Source: Candidatus Bathyarchaeota archaeon (GTDB lineage: Archaea; Thermoproteota; Bathyarchaeia; 40CM-2-53-6). From it: DNA of 64,000 bases. Positions 33,076 to 42,867 of this stretch are shown piece by piece. Under the pieces are notes generated by a model. The model was not told the DNA's origin. It did not search any database and saw nothing but the letters and a program-made list of their open reading frames with translations. How positions within the stretch are numbered: position 1 is the stretch's first letter; every line of letters starts with the position of its first letter. Both the position numbers and the translations under genes were made by a program. The DNA is taken from assembly GCA_963833125.1 (NCBI GenBank), contig CAWHWX010000014.1, positions 67,367 to 131,366 of the forward strand. Reading direction: 5' to 3'.

Positions 33076-33354
33076 CTATTCAGGGGGGACTTCGATGTCG
33101 CTCTCTTTGCCGCCGGTTCCGCCGCATGCTTCACAGACTAGTCTGCCTCCGCCGAAACATTCATTGCATTTAGTGGAAACGACCCCGCTACCGTTGCAAA
33201 TATCACACTCAACCACACCCTTCTCGGTGGTCAGCTTCCCCGTGCCCTTACATTCGTCACATTTCGTGGGGATACTGCCCGTGCCCTTGCACTTACCGCA
33301 ATTAACTTCGCCCGTACCATTACACGTGGTGCATACCAAAATAGAAAACCTCAA
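33076..33354 (-). CDS. Stand-alone DnaJ-type zinc finger protein
   Basis: Six CxxCxGxG repeats, no J domain. Confidence 0.75.
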   Translation of the reverse strand: MRFSILVCTTCNGTGEVNCGKCKGTGSIPTKCDECKGTGKLTTEKGVVECDICNGSGVVSTKCNECFGGGRLVCEACGGTGGKESDIEVPPE

Positions 33355-33530
33355 TCTGACTAATCCGGTCAGCAGGTTAACGGAGGCTACACGCCAGGTG
33401 CTTTTGAATGTTACGCCGCCACTCGAAATACCTCAACTAATTCGTGGTGGCCCGTCGTTGAGCGGTACGATTACGTATAGCATGAATAGGGCGTTCTCAC
33501 AGTTACATGATCGTGATGGAGCGACGGCTA

Positions 33531-34485
33531 GTGAGTAGAGAGTTCGATCGCAGTTCTCGTAACGGGAGGTGCTGGTTTCATTGGCAGCCACACGGTCGAT
33601 GGGTTGCTCAACGAGGATGTGAAAGTGTGGATCCTCGATGACCTCTCTAGCGGTTCACTGCGCAACATCCGTCATTTGCGTAAGACCCCTCGTTGTGTTT
33701 TCAAGCGCAATATCATCACTAACTATCGTGTCGTCGAGTCTCTCGCCGGAAAAGTTGAAGCCATCATTCACCTAGCAGCCGTGGTAAGCCCATTTGTTTC
33801 AGTCAAGAAACCGGAAGTAGCTAACGAGGTGAATGTAGGGGGGACACTAAACGTTCTGCGCGCCGCCCTGAAGACCGGAGTGAAGAGGGTTGTTTGCGCA
33901 TCTTCCTCATCAGTTTATGGAGACCAACTCCTTTTGCCGATCTCAGAAACCAACCCTCTACAACCAATCACCCCGTACGGGGTGTCGAAGTTGGCGGGGG
34001 AGAAGTACTGTGGTTCTTTCACGCAAACTTTTGGTTTGGAGACCGTATGTTTCAGGTACTTCAACGTGTATGGGAGGAGGCAGAGCGCGAACCCCTACAG
34101 TGGAGTAATCTCGATTTTCGCTAACAAACTCCGTAAGGGGTTACGGCCGCGAATCTTCGGAGATGGGGAACAGAGGCGGGACTTCATCCACGTCTCAGAC
34201 GTAGTCAGAGCTAACCTATTGGGGTTGGCGACGGTGAGAGGGATCGGTGAAGCGATTAACGTCGGAACCGGCCAACCGACCTCAATCAACAATCTCGCTT
34301 CCCTACTTGCCGAGTTGTGCCGGAGGAGGGGGGTCGTCCCTGCCCACTTGGAGGCTAGGAGGGGTGACATCAAGGACAGTTACGCTGACGTAACTAGGGC
34401 AAGGGAGACCTTGGGGTTTGAGAGTAAGATGGAATTGAGAAACGGCCTCCAGGACCTAATTGACCCAACCTCTCACACAATCTAA
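33531..34485 (+). CDS. NAD-dependent epimerase/dehydratase (GalE/WbpP-like), frameshift near 33552
   Basis: VLVTGGAGFIG, HLAA, SSSSVYG, YGVSK, RYFNVYG, RDFIHVSD. Confidence 0.93.
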
Positions 34486-34676
34486 GGTCCTCGTAACAAT
34501 CGGGCAAGGTGGGTGGGGAAGGAGGTCATTGGAGTAGAAGTACTCATGTCGTTTTGTGGATGAGGAGAGGTGTTGGTCTTGAGCGCAATTTCTGAAACGT
34601 GTGTCACTTCCAGACTGACTGGTTGGTGACAGTTGATAGAAATTGGACGTCCACGTTTGTGTCGGTTGCGAGTTTG

Positions 34677-35132
34677 ATGGTAACTGAAAAGGAACTGAAC
34701 GAACTTTACAGGCCATACGACACACTCAAGGCGATCGGATTTAGTACAGATGAGGCCAAGGCATTTCTCGCTGGCGTATCAGATGCAGCAAACAGTAAGA
34801 CTGTAGACGAGCCTAAACGGGAGGTGGAGAGAGTGGTGAAGTACACCGCGCAACGCTCTGAGCGAAGGCGCCTTCGTTCCAAGACGCTACTATTGGTAGT
34901 GTGGGGGTACGCCTTCGCAGTTTGGCTCTATGTCATAGCTATGCAATTCCTCTACCCCAACTCTATCTACTGGACGCTCGCAACCTGGTTGCCAATCCGA
35001 TTGGACTACCTAGGGTAAGCAGCCTTCATCTTCTCCTTCATAATGGCCACCGCCGTAGCCATGTGGAACACGAGACTAAGCTTGAAACCTGGACGAAACA
35101 TAACCCAACCAGTCGCGGATAGTTCGGCATAA
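34677..35132 (+). CDS. Small 2-TM membrane protein (paralog A1) with in-frame TAA at 35016
   Basis: MVTEKELNELYRPYDTLKAIGFSTDEAK...WLPIRLDYLG*AAFIFSFIMA aligns with 42868-43317. Confidence 0.75.
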
Positions 35133-35288
35133 ATCTCCCTTTTCTTCACCGAAAAGGCTTCGCGTGGAAGCGGTTTTCGTCAACAGCGAGAACCAGAGCC
35201 TAGAACGACAAGAATTGGGCTATTTGGGAGTGGGTGTATTCCCGTATGCTTATATACGTTGATATGTGAATAGATAGATAGATACACT

Positions 35289-35789
35289 ATGGATTCTGCT
35301 GAGAGGCATGTAACTGCAGTAGATCCAAACCTAACTACTAAATGGCATTTGACTGATCACCTCACCTCCATCGGGATGACTCGGGATGATGCCGTGGCAT
35401 GGGTTAGAGCTAGACGGCAAGGTAGGTCATTCAAGGTAGATGCGTCTGATGCGGGAGGAAATCATTTGGATAATGTCTGGAAGAGGAATATACAGACGGG
35501 TAAGGCTCTCAGCAAACTCAAGAACACGGGGAATATTCGACAGGAACGGATTTTCGCGGTTCTCTGCATTTGCGGTTCTCTGTGTTGGATGTACGTTATA
35601 GTTTTAGTAATCGTGAATCCAGCTTCGGTCTCCTGGTCCTTAGCGGTCTGGTTACCAAAATGGGTCAGGCTGGATTACTTTGGAGAGGCAGGTTTCTGCG
35701 CATCATTCCTTTTCGGAATCTTCTGGGCGAAACTAAGGCATGGATCGCTTGCGAGAAGAAATGAGGTGTCCTTACGGGGAGGCGTGTAG
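35289..35789 (+). CDS. Small 2-TM membrane protein (paralog A2)
   Basis: C-terminal WLPKWVRLDYFGEAGF resembles A1/A3; N-terminal WHLTDHLTSIGMTRDDAVAWV module. Confidence 0.75.
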   Translation: MDSAERHVTAVDPNLTTKWHLTDHLTSIGMTRDDAVAWVRARRQGRSFKVDASDAGGNHLDNVWKRNIQTGKALSKLKNTGNIRQERIFAVLCICGSLCWMYVIVLVIVNPASVSWSLAVWLPKWVRLDYFGEAGFCASFLFGIFWAKLRHGSLARRNEVSLRGGV

Positions 35790-35791
35790 CT

Positions 35792-36874
35792 TTGAAAGAT
35801 TCAAGGTTTGCTAATGATTGGCATTTGATTGATTACCTCACCTCTATGGGTATGAGTAAGAAGGAGGCTGAGGCGTGGGTTGAGGCTAGGCGGAAGGGGC
35901 AGTCATTCAAATCAGATTCTACTGACGTCCTAGGCGATCATTTGGACAGGATCTTAACTGATCGTTGGCATTTGACTGATTACCTCATGTCCATGGGTAT
36001 GAGTAAGAAGGAGGCTGAGGCGTGGGTTGAGGCTAGGCGGAAGGGTGAATCCTTCAAATCAGATTCTACTGATCCTTTAGGCGAACATTTAGACAGGATC
36101 CTAACAAGAAATAGCAGGATCGTAGAACGAAATAACAGAGTCATCTGCACCGTCGATACTCTCCTCACTAACAACATACTCCGTGCAATTCTACTGATCG
36201 TCTGCTTAGTTATTTCGGCGCAAGTTTACGCGGGTCCGCAATACGCGATTCCAATAAACGGGCGAGAACAGGCGTTGGTCATTGGACTACAGATACAAGC
36301 CACCCCTACTTGGGCACATGATGTGGTTCTGAATGCCTCCCTCGTGTGGAATCAGGCGCAGATCTGGTATCAGCAGACCAGTTCTACAAAAGGACCAGTG
36401 TACATTTTTGTCGAAGCCAATAACGGAAGTGCCACTGTTAACTTTAGCATGCCTCAAGCGTATTCCAAGCTGGCGGTCGGTTGGACCAATTTCAAGTTTG
36501 CACCTTCATCTAGGATCATAATCGTTTCAACGCACACCTTCCTCGATCCAAACGTCTTCAATTCATCGCAGGAAAATAATGCAACGGCACGACATATCGC
36601 ATTCTGGTTGGCACTCCACGAATTAGGCCGCGTATTAGGACTAGGAAGTGTGCTTGATAGTCACGATATTATGGATCCTCTTTGGACGCCTAATCGAGTC
36701 CTTCCCATGATCTCCACACTTGACATATACGCGCTGCACGTACTAGCGTCGGGAAGCGCTCCGAGCTTCGTAACGCTACCGAGCACTGCTGAAAATACAT
36801 TATTTGACGCACGAACATTCCTCACACCGGGAGCGAACTCTCCGAACCCAACCCTTGACATTGCAAAATTGTGA
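35792..36874 (+). CDS. Membrane-anchored matrixin-like protein with degenerate zinc motif and two N-terminal 49-aa repeats (B1)
   Basis: HELGRVLGLGS, Met-turn DIMDP, ISTLDIYAL; TM segment LRAILLIVCLVISA. Confidence 0.75.
   Translation: MKDSRFANDWHLIDYLTSMGMSKKEAEAWVEARRKGQSFKSDSTDVLGDHLDRILTDRWHLTDYLMSMGMSKKEAEAWVEARRKGESFKSDSTDPLGEHLDRILTRNSRIVERNNRVICTVDTLLTNNILRAILLIVCLVISAQVYAGPQYAIPINGREQALVIGLQIQATPTWAHDVVLNASLVWNQAQIWYQQTSSTKGPVYIFVEANNGSATVNFSMPQAYSKLAVGWTNFKFAPSSRIIIVSTHTFLDPNVFNSSQENNATARHIAFWLALHELGRVLGLGSVLDSHDIMDPLWTPNRVLPMISTLDIYALHVLASGSAPSFVTLPSTAENTLFDARTFLTPGANSPNPTLDIAKL
35819..36106 (+). repeat. 147-bp tandem repeat x2 (third, diverged copy from 35343)
   Basis: tggcatttgattgattacctc at 35819 and tggcatttgactgattacctc at 35966. 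Confidence 0.95.
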
Positions 36875-37022
36875 TACTCTTCCCAGTTGCTTTCAAACTC
36901 TTTTTGGACGCGACTCTACTTACGATTGCGCGTAACTTTTGCTTAACTTGTGAATGTTACTCACTCGCGACTTGCACGAAAAGCGCAGGTTTGACTTTTG
37001 CTTTATCACTTGCGCTTACGAG

Positions 37023-37895
37023 TCAAGTGATCCTGACGTTAGTTATCCCCTGTTTTCCGCAGGTTACTTGGCTGCTGAGTAGTCCTCTTAGGCTAGCCGT
37101 ATCTCTTGAGTCATGAGCGGACGGGTTGAGTAGGAATAGGGCTGTTGCTGTGGGTTTGGACATTAGTTCGATCGCATTTCGCGCGAATGCGTAAGCCGTT
37201 TTCATATCCTTCGATAGGGCTAGGTCTGTGAGGCTATCGTAGACCAGGCTGAGAGACTCATCGCGGTGCTTCTCCAGGATTGGTGAGAGCATAGAGTCAG
37301 GTGAAACGTCAAGAAACTCAACTCCTTTCTCGTCCTCTACAGCCCTTCGAACAGCGTTGCCCTTCTTCGTGAAGACAACGACTACCTCGCCATGATGTAG
37401 GCACTCCAAGACATAGTCTCTCACGAATCTCTCGTAGGGCGCAGACGGATCAAATTCAAACAGAAGTTTCTTTCCATGAAGCTGGCCGTGTTCGATACCT
37501 AACTGTGCAGAGAATTTCTCAGCTCTGGCTTGGTTGAGCTGTTTCTTAACCTCGGCGATAAGAGCTTCTGGAGCGAATGGCTTGGTAAAGTAACCGTCAG
37601 CGCCAGCCTCGGCAGCTAGCTTCCGGTCAACATCTCGGCCAAGAGCAGTAAACATTACCACTGGTATGTTTCGGGTCTTTGCGTTCCCCTTCAGGATCTT
37701 GCATACCTCCAACCCAGATTTGCCCGGCATCATCATGTCTAGCAGAATGAGGTCGGGCATTTCCACGTCCACCTTCTGCAATGTCTCATCTCCGTTGGAG
37801 GCGCTAATGGCTTGGTATCCGTCGCCTTCCAGGACCATCTTGGCCGCCTCAACCATCTGCACCTCATCATCTACTACCATTACTCTATCCGGCAA
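37023..37895 (-). CDS. Response regulator: REC plus degenerate KaiC/DUF835-like output domain
   Basis: VVDD, LLDMMMPG, FTA, KPF; C-terminal LVYDSLTDL, TALFLLNPSAHD with no Walker A. Confidence 0.85.
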   Translation of the reverse strand: MPDRVMVVDDEVQMVEAAKMVLEGDGYQAISASNGDETLQKVDVEMPDLILLDMMMPGKSGLEVCKILKGNAKTRNIPVVMFTALGRDVDRKLAAEAGADGYFTKPFAPEALIAEVKKQLNQARAEKFSAQLGIEHGQLHGKKLLFEFDPSAPYERFVRDYVLECLHHGEVVVVFTKKGNAVRRAVEDEKGVEFLDVSPDSMLSPILEKHRDESLSLVYDSLTDLALSKDMKTAYAFARNAIELMSKPTATALFLLNPSAHDSRDTASLRGLLSSQVTCGKQGITNVRIT

Positions 37896-38184
37896 CGCTC
37901 ACTCTCCTCCTAACCTGATATGAGTCTATTCGCCAGAGAGACTTTACCATTATCCATAACCTCAACTACCAATTGAAAGGATATCCATCGACTCGGGTTG
38001 AAGTCTTCGGAAATACTTTATTTACTTTGCCGAGCGCGGTGCGGTCTCTTGGCCACAAGGAGGACGTAGATGCTGGATATGCGTCAGAATGCGGCTCTAC
38101 AGAGTCTGTCATTCGCGAAAGTCAAATTCCGCTAGATGAATGAACCGTCGGGGATCCCATAATAGCTTATCATGCGTGATCCCC

Positions 38185-38589
38185 TTAAGGATTAGGAGGC
38201 TTCTGCGCTTTTGCCTGATCAAGACGTTTCTTGACTTCTGCTACTAGATCTGCGGGAGCAAATGGTTTGCGGAAGAATCCGTCAGCTCCAGCCTGAATAA
38301 CAAGATCCTCAACTTTTAGACCTGATGCGGTGAAGAGGAGTACAGGAATATTCCTTGTCTTCGCGCTGCTTTTCAGAATCTTGCATACTTCCAACCCAGT
38401 CTTGCCCGGCATTTGCATATCCAAAAATATCAGGTTAGGCAGCTCTGCCTCTGCCACCCGGAGGGCCTCATCTCCGTCGTAGGCGGTAACGACCTCGTAT
38501 CCCTCCATATCCAGAACCATCTTAGCTGCGTCAGCCATATCCCTCTTGTCGTCAACAACCATTATCTTATCTGGCAAAACTAGTTCCAT
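38185..38589 (-). CDS. Stand-alone receiver-domain protein
   Basis: VVDD, FLDMQMPG, FTAS, KPF. Confidence 0.93.
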   Translation of the reverse strand: MELVLPDKIMVVDDKRDMADAAKMVLDMEGYEVVTAYDGDEALRVAEAELPNLIFLDMQMPGKTGLEVCKILKSSAKTRNIPVLLFTASGLKVEDLVIQAGADGFFRKPFAPADLVAEVKKRLDQAKAQKPPNP

Positions 38590-38684
38590 CCACGCCCTTG
38601 TCCTTCACATGTTAGAAGATCTTAGGAACAGATAGTAAGACCAGTGCATGCAAATAATAAGGTTGGCTAGCTGCAGAGTGATGA

Positions 38685-39866
38685 TTAACGGGTCTGCGTC
38701 TGAAGCACGCGCGATAACTTCGGCAAGGTGAACGTAAATGTCGCTCCTTTCCCTTCGCCGTCAGATTCGACCCATAACTTGCCTCCGTGAGCCTCAACTA
38801 TTCCTTTGCTTATGCTGAGGCCCAAACCTGCCCCTCTCATCCAAGTGGGCTTCTGAATGGCTGCGAAAGGCAGGAAGACCTTTGCAAGGTCCTCCTTCCG
38901 GATACCGATACCTGTGTCGGATACTGCGACCTTGAAATCTTCAGTTTTGTCATCCAACATGAGATTAATCCGTCCGTCTTCAGGGGTAAACATTGAAGCG
39001 TTGTTGAGAAGATTCGTCATCACTTGACTAAGCCTTGTGGGGTCGCCAATGATTGGTAGAAGCCTGTCTGGAAGCTCTACGTGAAGATGCTGCTTCTTCA
39101 CGTCAATAGCGACTTGCGCCTCATTGACGCTTTGGTTGATAATCTCTCGAAGGTCCAGGGGTTGCAGATTCAATCCGAATTTACCTGACTGAAAACGTGA
39201 AATATCCAGCAGTTGGTCTGTCAACTCCATAAGTCGATCAGTATCCATCTTCATAACTTGCAGACTTGACTTCAGCTTCTCGGTTAGTGGCCCAAGCTTT
39301 CCTGCAAGGGCATATTCCACATGCACCTTCAGGGGTCCCAGAGGGGTGCGTAACTGATGAGTAACGTGGGACAGGAACTGTTCTCTCACCGCCTCGAGCC
39401 GCTTGCGTTCGGTGATGTCCCGCACAATTCCAGTAAACATGTGTTTGCTACCGGCGGTTTTGATTTCTCCTACTGACAGTTCGATTGGGAACGTGGTGCC
39501 ATCTTTTCGACATGCAACGACCTCCCGACCAATGCCGATGATCTTGGCTGTGCCGGTTCGCAAGTAGTTGCTTAGGTAGCTGTCGTGCTCGCTATGGTAG
39601 GGCTCAGGCATCAGGACTTTGACGTTATGTCCGACAACTTCCTCGACCTTGTAACCAAAAAGACGTTCAGCGGCTGGGTTGAAGGATTGAATTGTCCCGC
39701 TTCCGTCAATCGTTATGACTCCATCAACGACCGTATCCAAAATCGAATGGATCTTGGCTTCGCTCTCCTGTAACGCCATGCGTTCAGTGATGTTACGGGC
39801 TGTGGAAGAGAGAACTTTAGATCCTTTTCTCGGTCTCTTCGCTTTTGTCGCGCGCTTTTCCACCAA
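38685..39866 (-). CDS. Cytoplasmic histidine kinase with FixL-like heme PAS domain
   Basis: LMPEPYHSEHDSYL...IIGIGRE...RKDGTTFP; H-box THQLRTP; N, G1 (DTGIGI) and G2 (GAGLGL) boxes. Confidence 0.92.
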   Translation of the reverse strand: MVEKRATKAKRPRKGSKVLSSTARNITERMALQESEAKIHSILDTVVDGVITIDGSGTIQSFNPAAERLFGYKVEEVVGHNVKVLMPEPYHSEHDSYLSNYLRTGTAKIIGIGREVVACRKDGTTFPIELSVGEIKTAGSKHMFTGIVRDITERKRLEAVREQFLSHVTHQLRTPLGPLKVHVEYALAGKLGPLTEKLKSSLQVMKMDTDRLMELTDQLLDISRFQSGKFGLNLQPLDLREIINQSVNEAQVAIDVKKQHLHVELPDRLLPIIGDPTRLSQVMTNLLNNASMFTPEDGRINLMLDDKTEDFKVAVSDTGIGIRKEDLAKVFLPFAAIQKPTWMRGAGLGLSISKGIVEAHGGKLWVESDGEGKGATFTFTLPKLSRVLQTQTR

Positions 39867-39910
39867 TCAGGTCCGACTCCTAATAGCAAATAAAAAGGGT
39901 GACAAACCAA

Positions 39911-42595
39911 CTAGGTATCCTTCAGTTTAGGCAAAATGAATGCGAATGTGGCTCCTTTTCCTTCGCCCTCAGATTCAGCCCATATCTTGCCTCCGTGAGC
40001 TTCAACTATTCCTTTGGTTATGCTGAGGCCTATGCCCGCAGTTTCGAAGATGGCGGGCTTGTTGATGTTTGAGAAAGGCTCAAAGACTTTCGGGAGGTCT
40101 TCTGTTCGGATGCCGATGCCTGTGTCAGAGATCTGACACTTGATCGTATCTCCTTCCTCATCCACCTTAACGGTTATGGCACCTTCAGGGGTGTACTTGA
40201 AGGCGTTGTTCAGAAGGTTCGCCATCACTTGACGTAGTCTAGTTTGGTCTCCACGAACTGGCAAGGGTCCTTTGGTAACTTCCAGGTGAACTGTGTTGCT
40301 TCTGATCCGTTTGGGCTTCTATACTTTCGTCTAGGATCTCGCGGAAATTCGTTGGCTCAAGATTCAGCTGGAACTTTCCCGCCTGAATGCGGCGGAGGTC
40401 CAACAGTTCATTAGTCAATCCATGAAGCCGATCCACACTTCGCTTCATAACTTCCAGACTTGACTTCAACTTCTCGGAAAGAGGTCCAAGTTTTCCTGCA
40501 CTGGCATAGTCTAAGTGCACCATTAGCGGTCCGAGAGGGGTGCGTAATTCGTGAGTAACGTGGGATAGGAACTGGTCCTTCATATCCTCGAGCAGCTTGC
40601 GTTCGGTGATGTCTTCGATGGCTAGGAGTATGAATGGTTCTCGGCCTAGCTCCGCTTGGACTTTGCGTGCGTTGAGTAGCATCACCTTCTCCCCTATCGT
40701 GGGGAAAACATGAGTTAATTCAAAGTCGGTAATGACAGATTTGGCTGGCAGAATCTCGGTTAGCAACCGCCTCAATTCCGGATTGTCCCACTGCCTGTTG
40801 CCTATTTCGTATAGTGACTTTCCTTCTGTCTCGGCTGGGTTTACCTTGAAATTCTGATAGAAGGAACGGCTGGCTGAAACTATTCTCAAGTTAGAATCCA
40901 GTACTACCATTGGATCGCGCACGGTGGATACAATATTCTCGGCATATTGACGCGCCAAATCAATAGCCTCACTCAGGCGTTTGCGTTCGGTGATGTCTTC
41001 GATGGCTAGGAGTATGAATGGTTCTCGGCCTAGCTCCGCTTGGACTTTGCGTGCGTTGAGCAGCATCACCTTCTCCCCTATCGTGGGAAAGACGTGAACT
41101 AACTCAAAGTCAGTGATGATGGATTTAGCTGGTAGAATTTCTGTTAGGAGCTTTCGTAGTTCTGGGTTGTCCCATTGTCGGTTGCCTATTTCGTAGAGTG
41201 ACTTTCCTTCTGTCTCGGCTGGGTTTACCTTGAAGTTCTCGTAGAAGGAACGGCTGGCTGAAACTATTCTCAAGTCAGAATCCAATACTACCATTGGATC
41301 GCGCACGGTGGATACAATATTCTCGGCATATTGACGCGCTAGGTCAGCAGCTTCACTCATTCGCTTCCGTTCGGTGATGTCTTCGATGGCTAGGAGTATG
41401 AATGGTTCTCGGCCTAGCTCCGCCTGAACCTTACGTGCATTAAGCAGCATCACCTTCTCTCCTATTGTGGGAAAGATGTGAGTTAGCTCGAAGTCGGTGA
41501 TGATGGATTTAGCTGGTAGAATTTCTGTTAGCAACCGACGTAATTCTGGGTTATCCCATTGTCGGTTACCTATCTCGTAAAGCGACTTCCCCTCCGTCTC
41601 CTTTGGGTTTACTTTGAAGTTCTCGTAGAAGGAACGGCTGGCTGAGATTATTTTCAAGTCGGAATCCAGTACTACCATCGGGTCTCGTACGGTGGATACG
41701 ATGTTCTCGGCATATTGACGCGCTAGGTCAACAGCTTCACTCAGGCGTTTGCGTTCGGTGATGTCTTCGATGGCTAGGAGTATGAATGGTTCTCGGCCTA
41801 GCTCGGCCTGGACTTTGCGTGCGTTGAGTAGCATCACCTTCTCCCCTATCGTAGGGAAGACGTGAATTAACTCGAAATCGGTAATGACCGATTTGGCTGG
41901 CAGGATCTCGGTTAGCAACCGCCTCAATTCCGGATTGTCCCACTGCCTGTTACCTATCTCGTAAAGCGACTTCCCAACCGTCTCCGCCGGATTCACCTTG
42001 AAATTCTCATAGAAAGAACGGTTCGCTGAAACTATTCTCAAGTCAGAATCCAGCACCACCATCGGATCACGCACAGTGGATACAATATTCTCGGCATATT
42101 CTGACGCGCAACGTCAACAGCTTCACTCAGGCGTTTGCGTTCGGTGATGTCTCTGGCTGCGGCGAACACGCCTTGAACTTCTCCCGTCTCGTCTCTGTAT
42201 ACAGTTGCATTGTATTGTACGTCGATGTATTTTCCTGATTTGTCACGAATTGCCAAGGAATAGTCCTTCACGAATCCTTTTGTGAAGGCTTCTTCGTAGC
42301 CTCGCGTTGCCTTCGCTGGGTCTGTAAAATAGCCCGAGAAATCGCTGCCTATTAGTTCGTCACGGGAAACCCCTGTGAGCAGTTCAGTAGCCTTGTTGAC
42401 ATCAGTTATCTTTCCCTCGTGACTGATGGCAACTAATGCGTCAATACTCGCTTCGATTAAACCTCTTGTATATGCTGAAGCAACTCGAACCTTCTCGTCC
42501 ACCTGTTTGCGTTCAGTATTGTTACGGGCTGTGCCATGGAGAACTTTAGATGTCTTTCTCGGCGTCTTCGCTTTTGTCAAGCGTTTCTTCACCAA
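39911..42595 (-). CDS. Cytoplasmic histidine kinase with five PAS domains (frameshifts near 42100 and 40295)
   Basis: One PAS in 42038-42595, four repeated PAS and THELRTP in 40239-42074, HATPase in 39911-40264. Confidence 0.9.
40601..42138 (-). repeat. Four tandem 384-bp (128-aa) PAS repeats
   Basis: gttcggtgatgtct recurs at 40601, 40985, 41369, 41753 and 42139. Confidence 0.97.
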
Positions 42596-42867
42596 TCAGG
42601 TGCAACTCCTGGTGACGGAGACGGGCGCACAGTTTGAAATACGTCTTTCTCCGTAGCCGCCGCCCCTTTTCCTAATTGACCCACGATTCGTTAGGATTAA
42701 TGCTCCTCGCTCCTATTTGCGCAGAATTCATACTTGCGAGCCCACCCACAAACTCTTCGGTTTGTGCACTAAGTGCTAGTCAGAAACGCCAATTGTCCGG
42801 AGAGAGGATCGATGAATATTAGCGAAACTAATATGGTGGGTGCACTTTAGTATTAGCGACGAGTTTA

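Larger units (their letters stand above)
34455..42683. repeat. 13-bp direct repeat CCTAATTGACCCA at 34455-34467 and 42671-42683
   Basis: Exact match read from the sequence. Confidence 0.5.

Noticed and set aside
32966-33538. 190-aa plus-strand ORF with PLH/PVP repeats
   Set aside because: Antisense of the CxxCxGxG repeat gene
35819-36106. Repeats as a diversity-generating retroelement template/variable pair
   Set aside because: Differences are not adenine-specific and no reverse transcriptase is present in the window
40601-42138. Repeat array as CRISPR or assembly stutter
   Set aside because: 384-bp in-frame coding repeats without spacers; the copies differ at many synonymous sites
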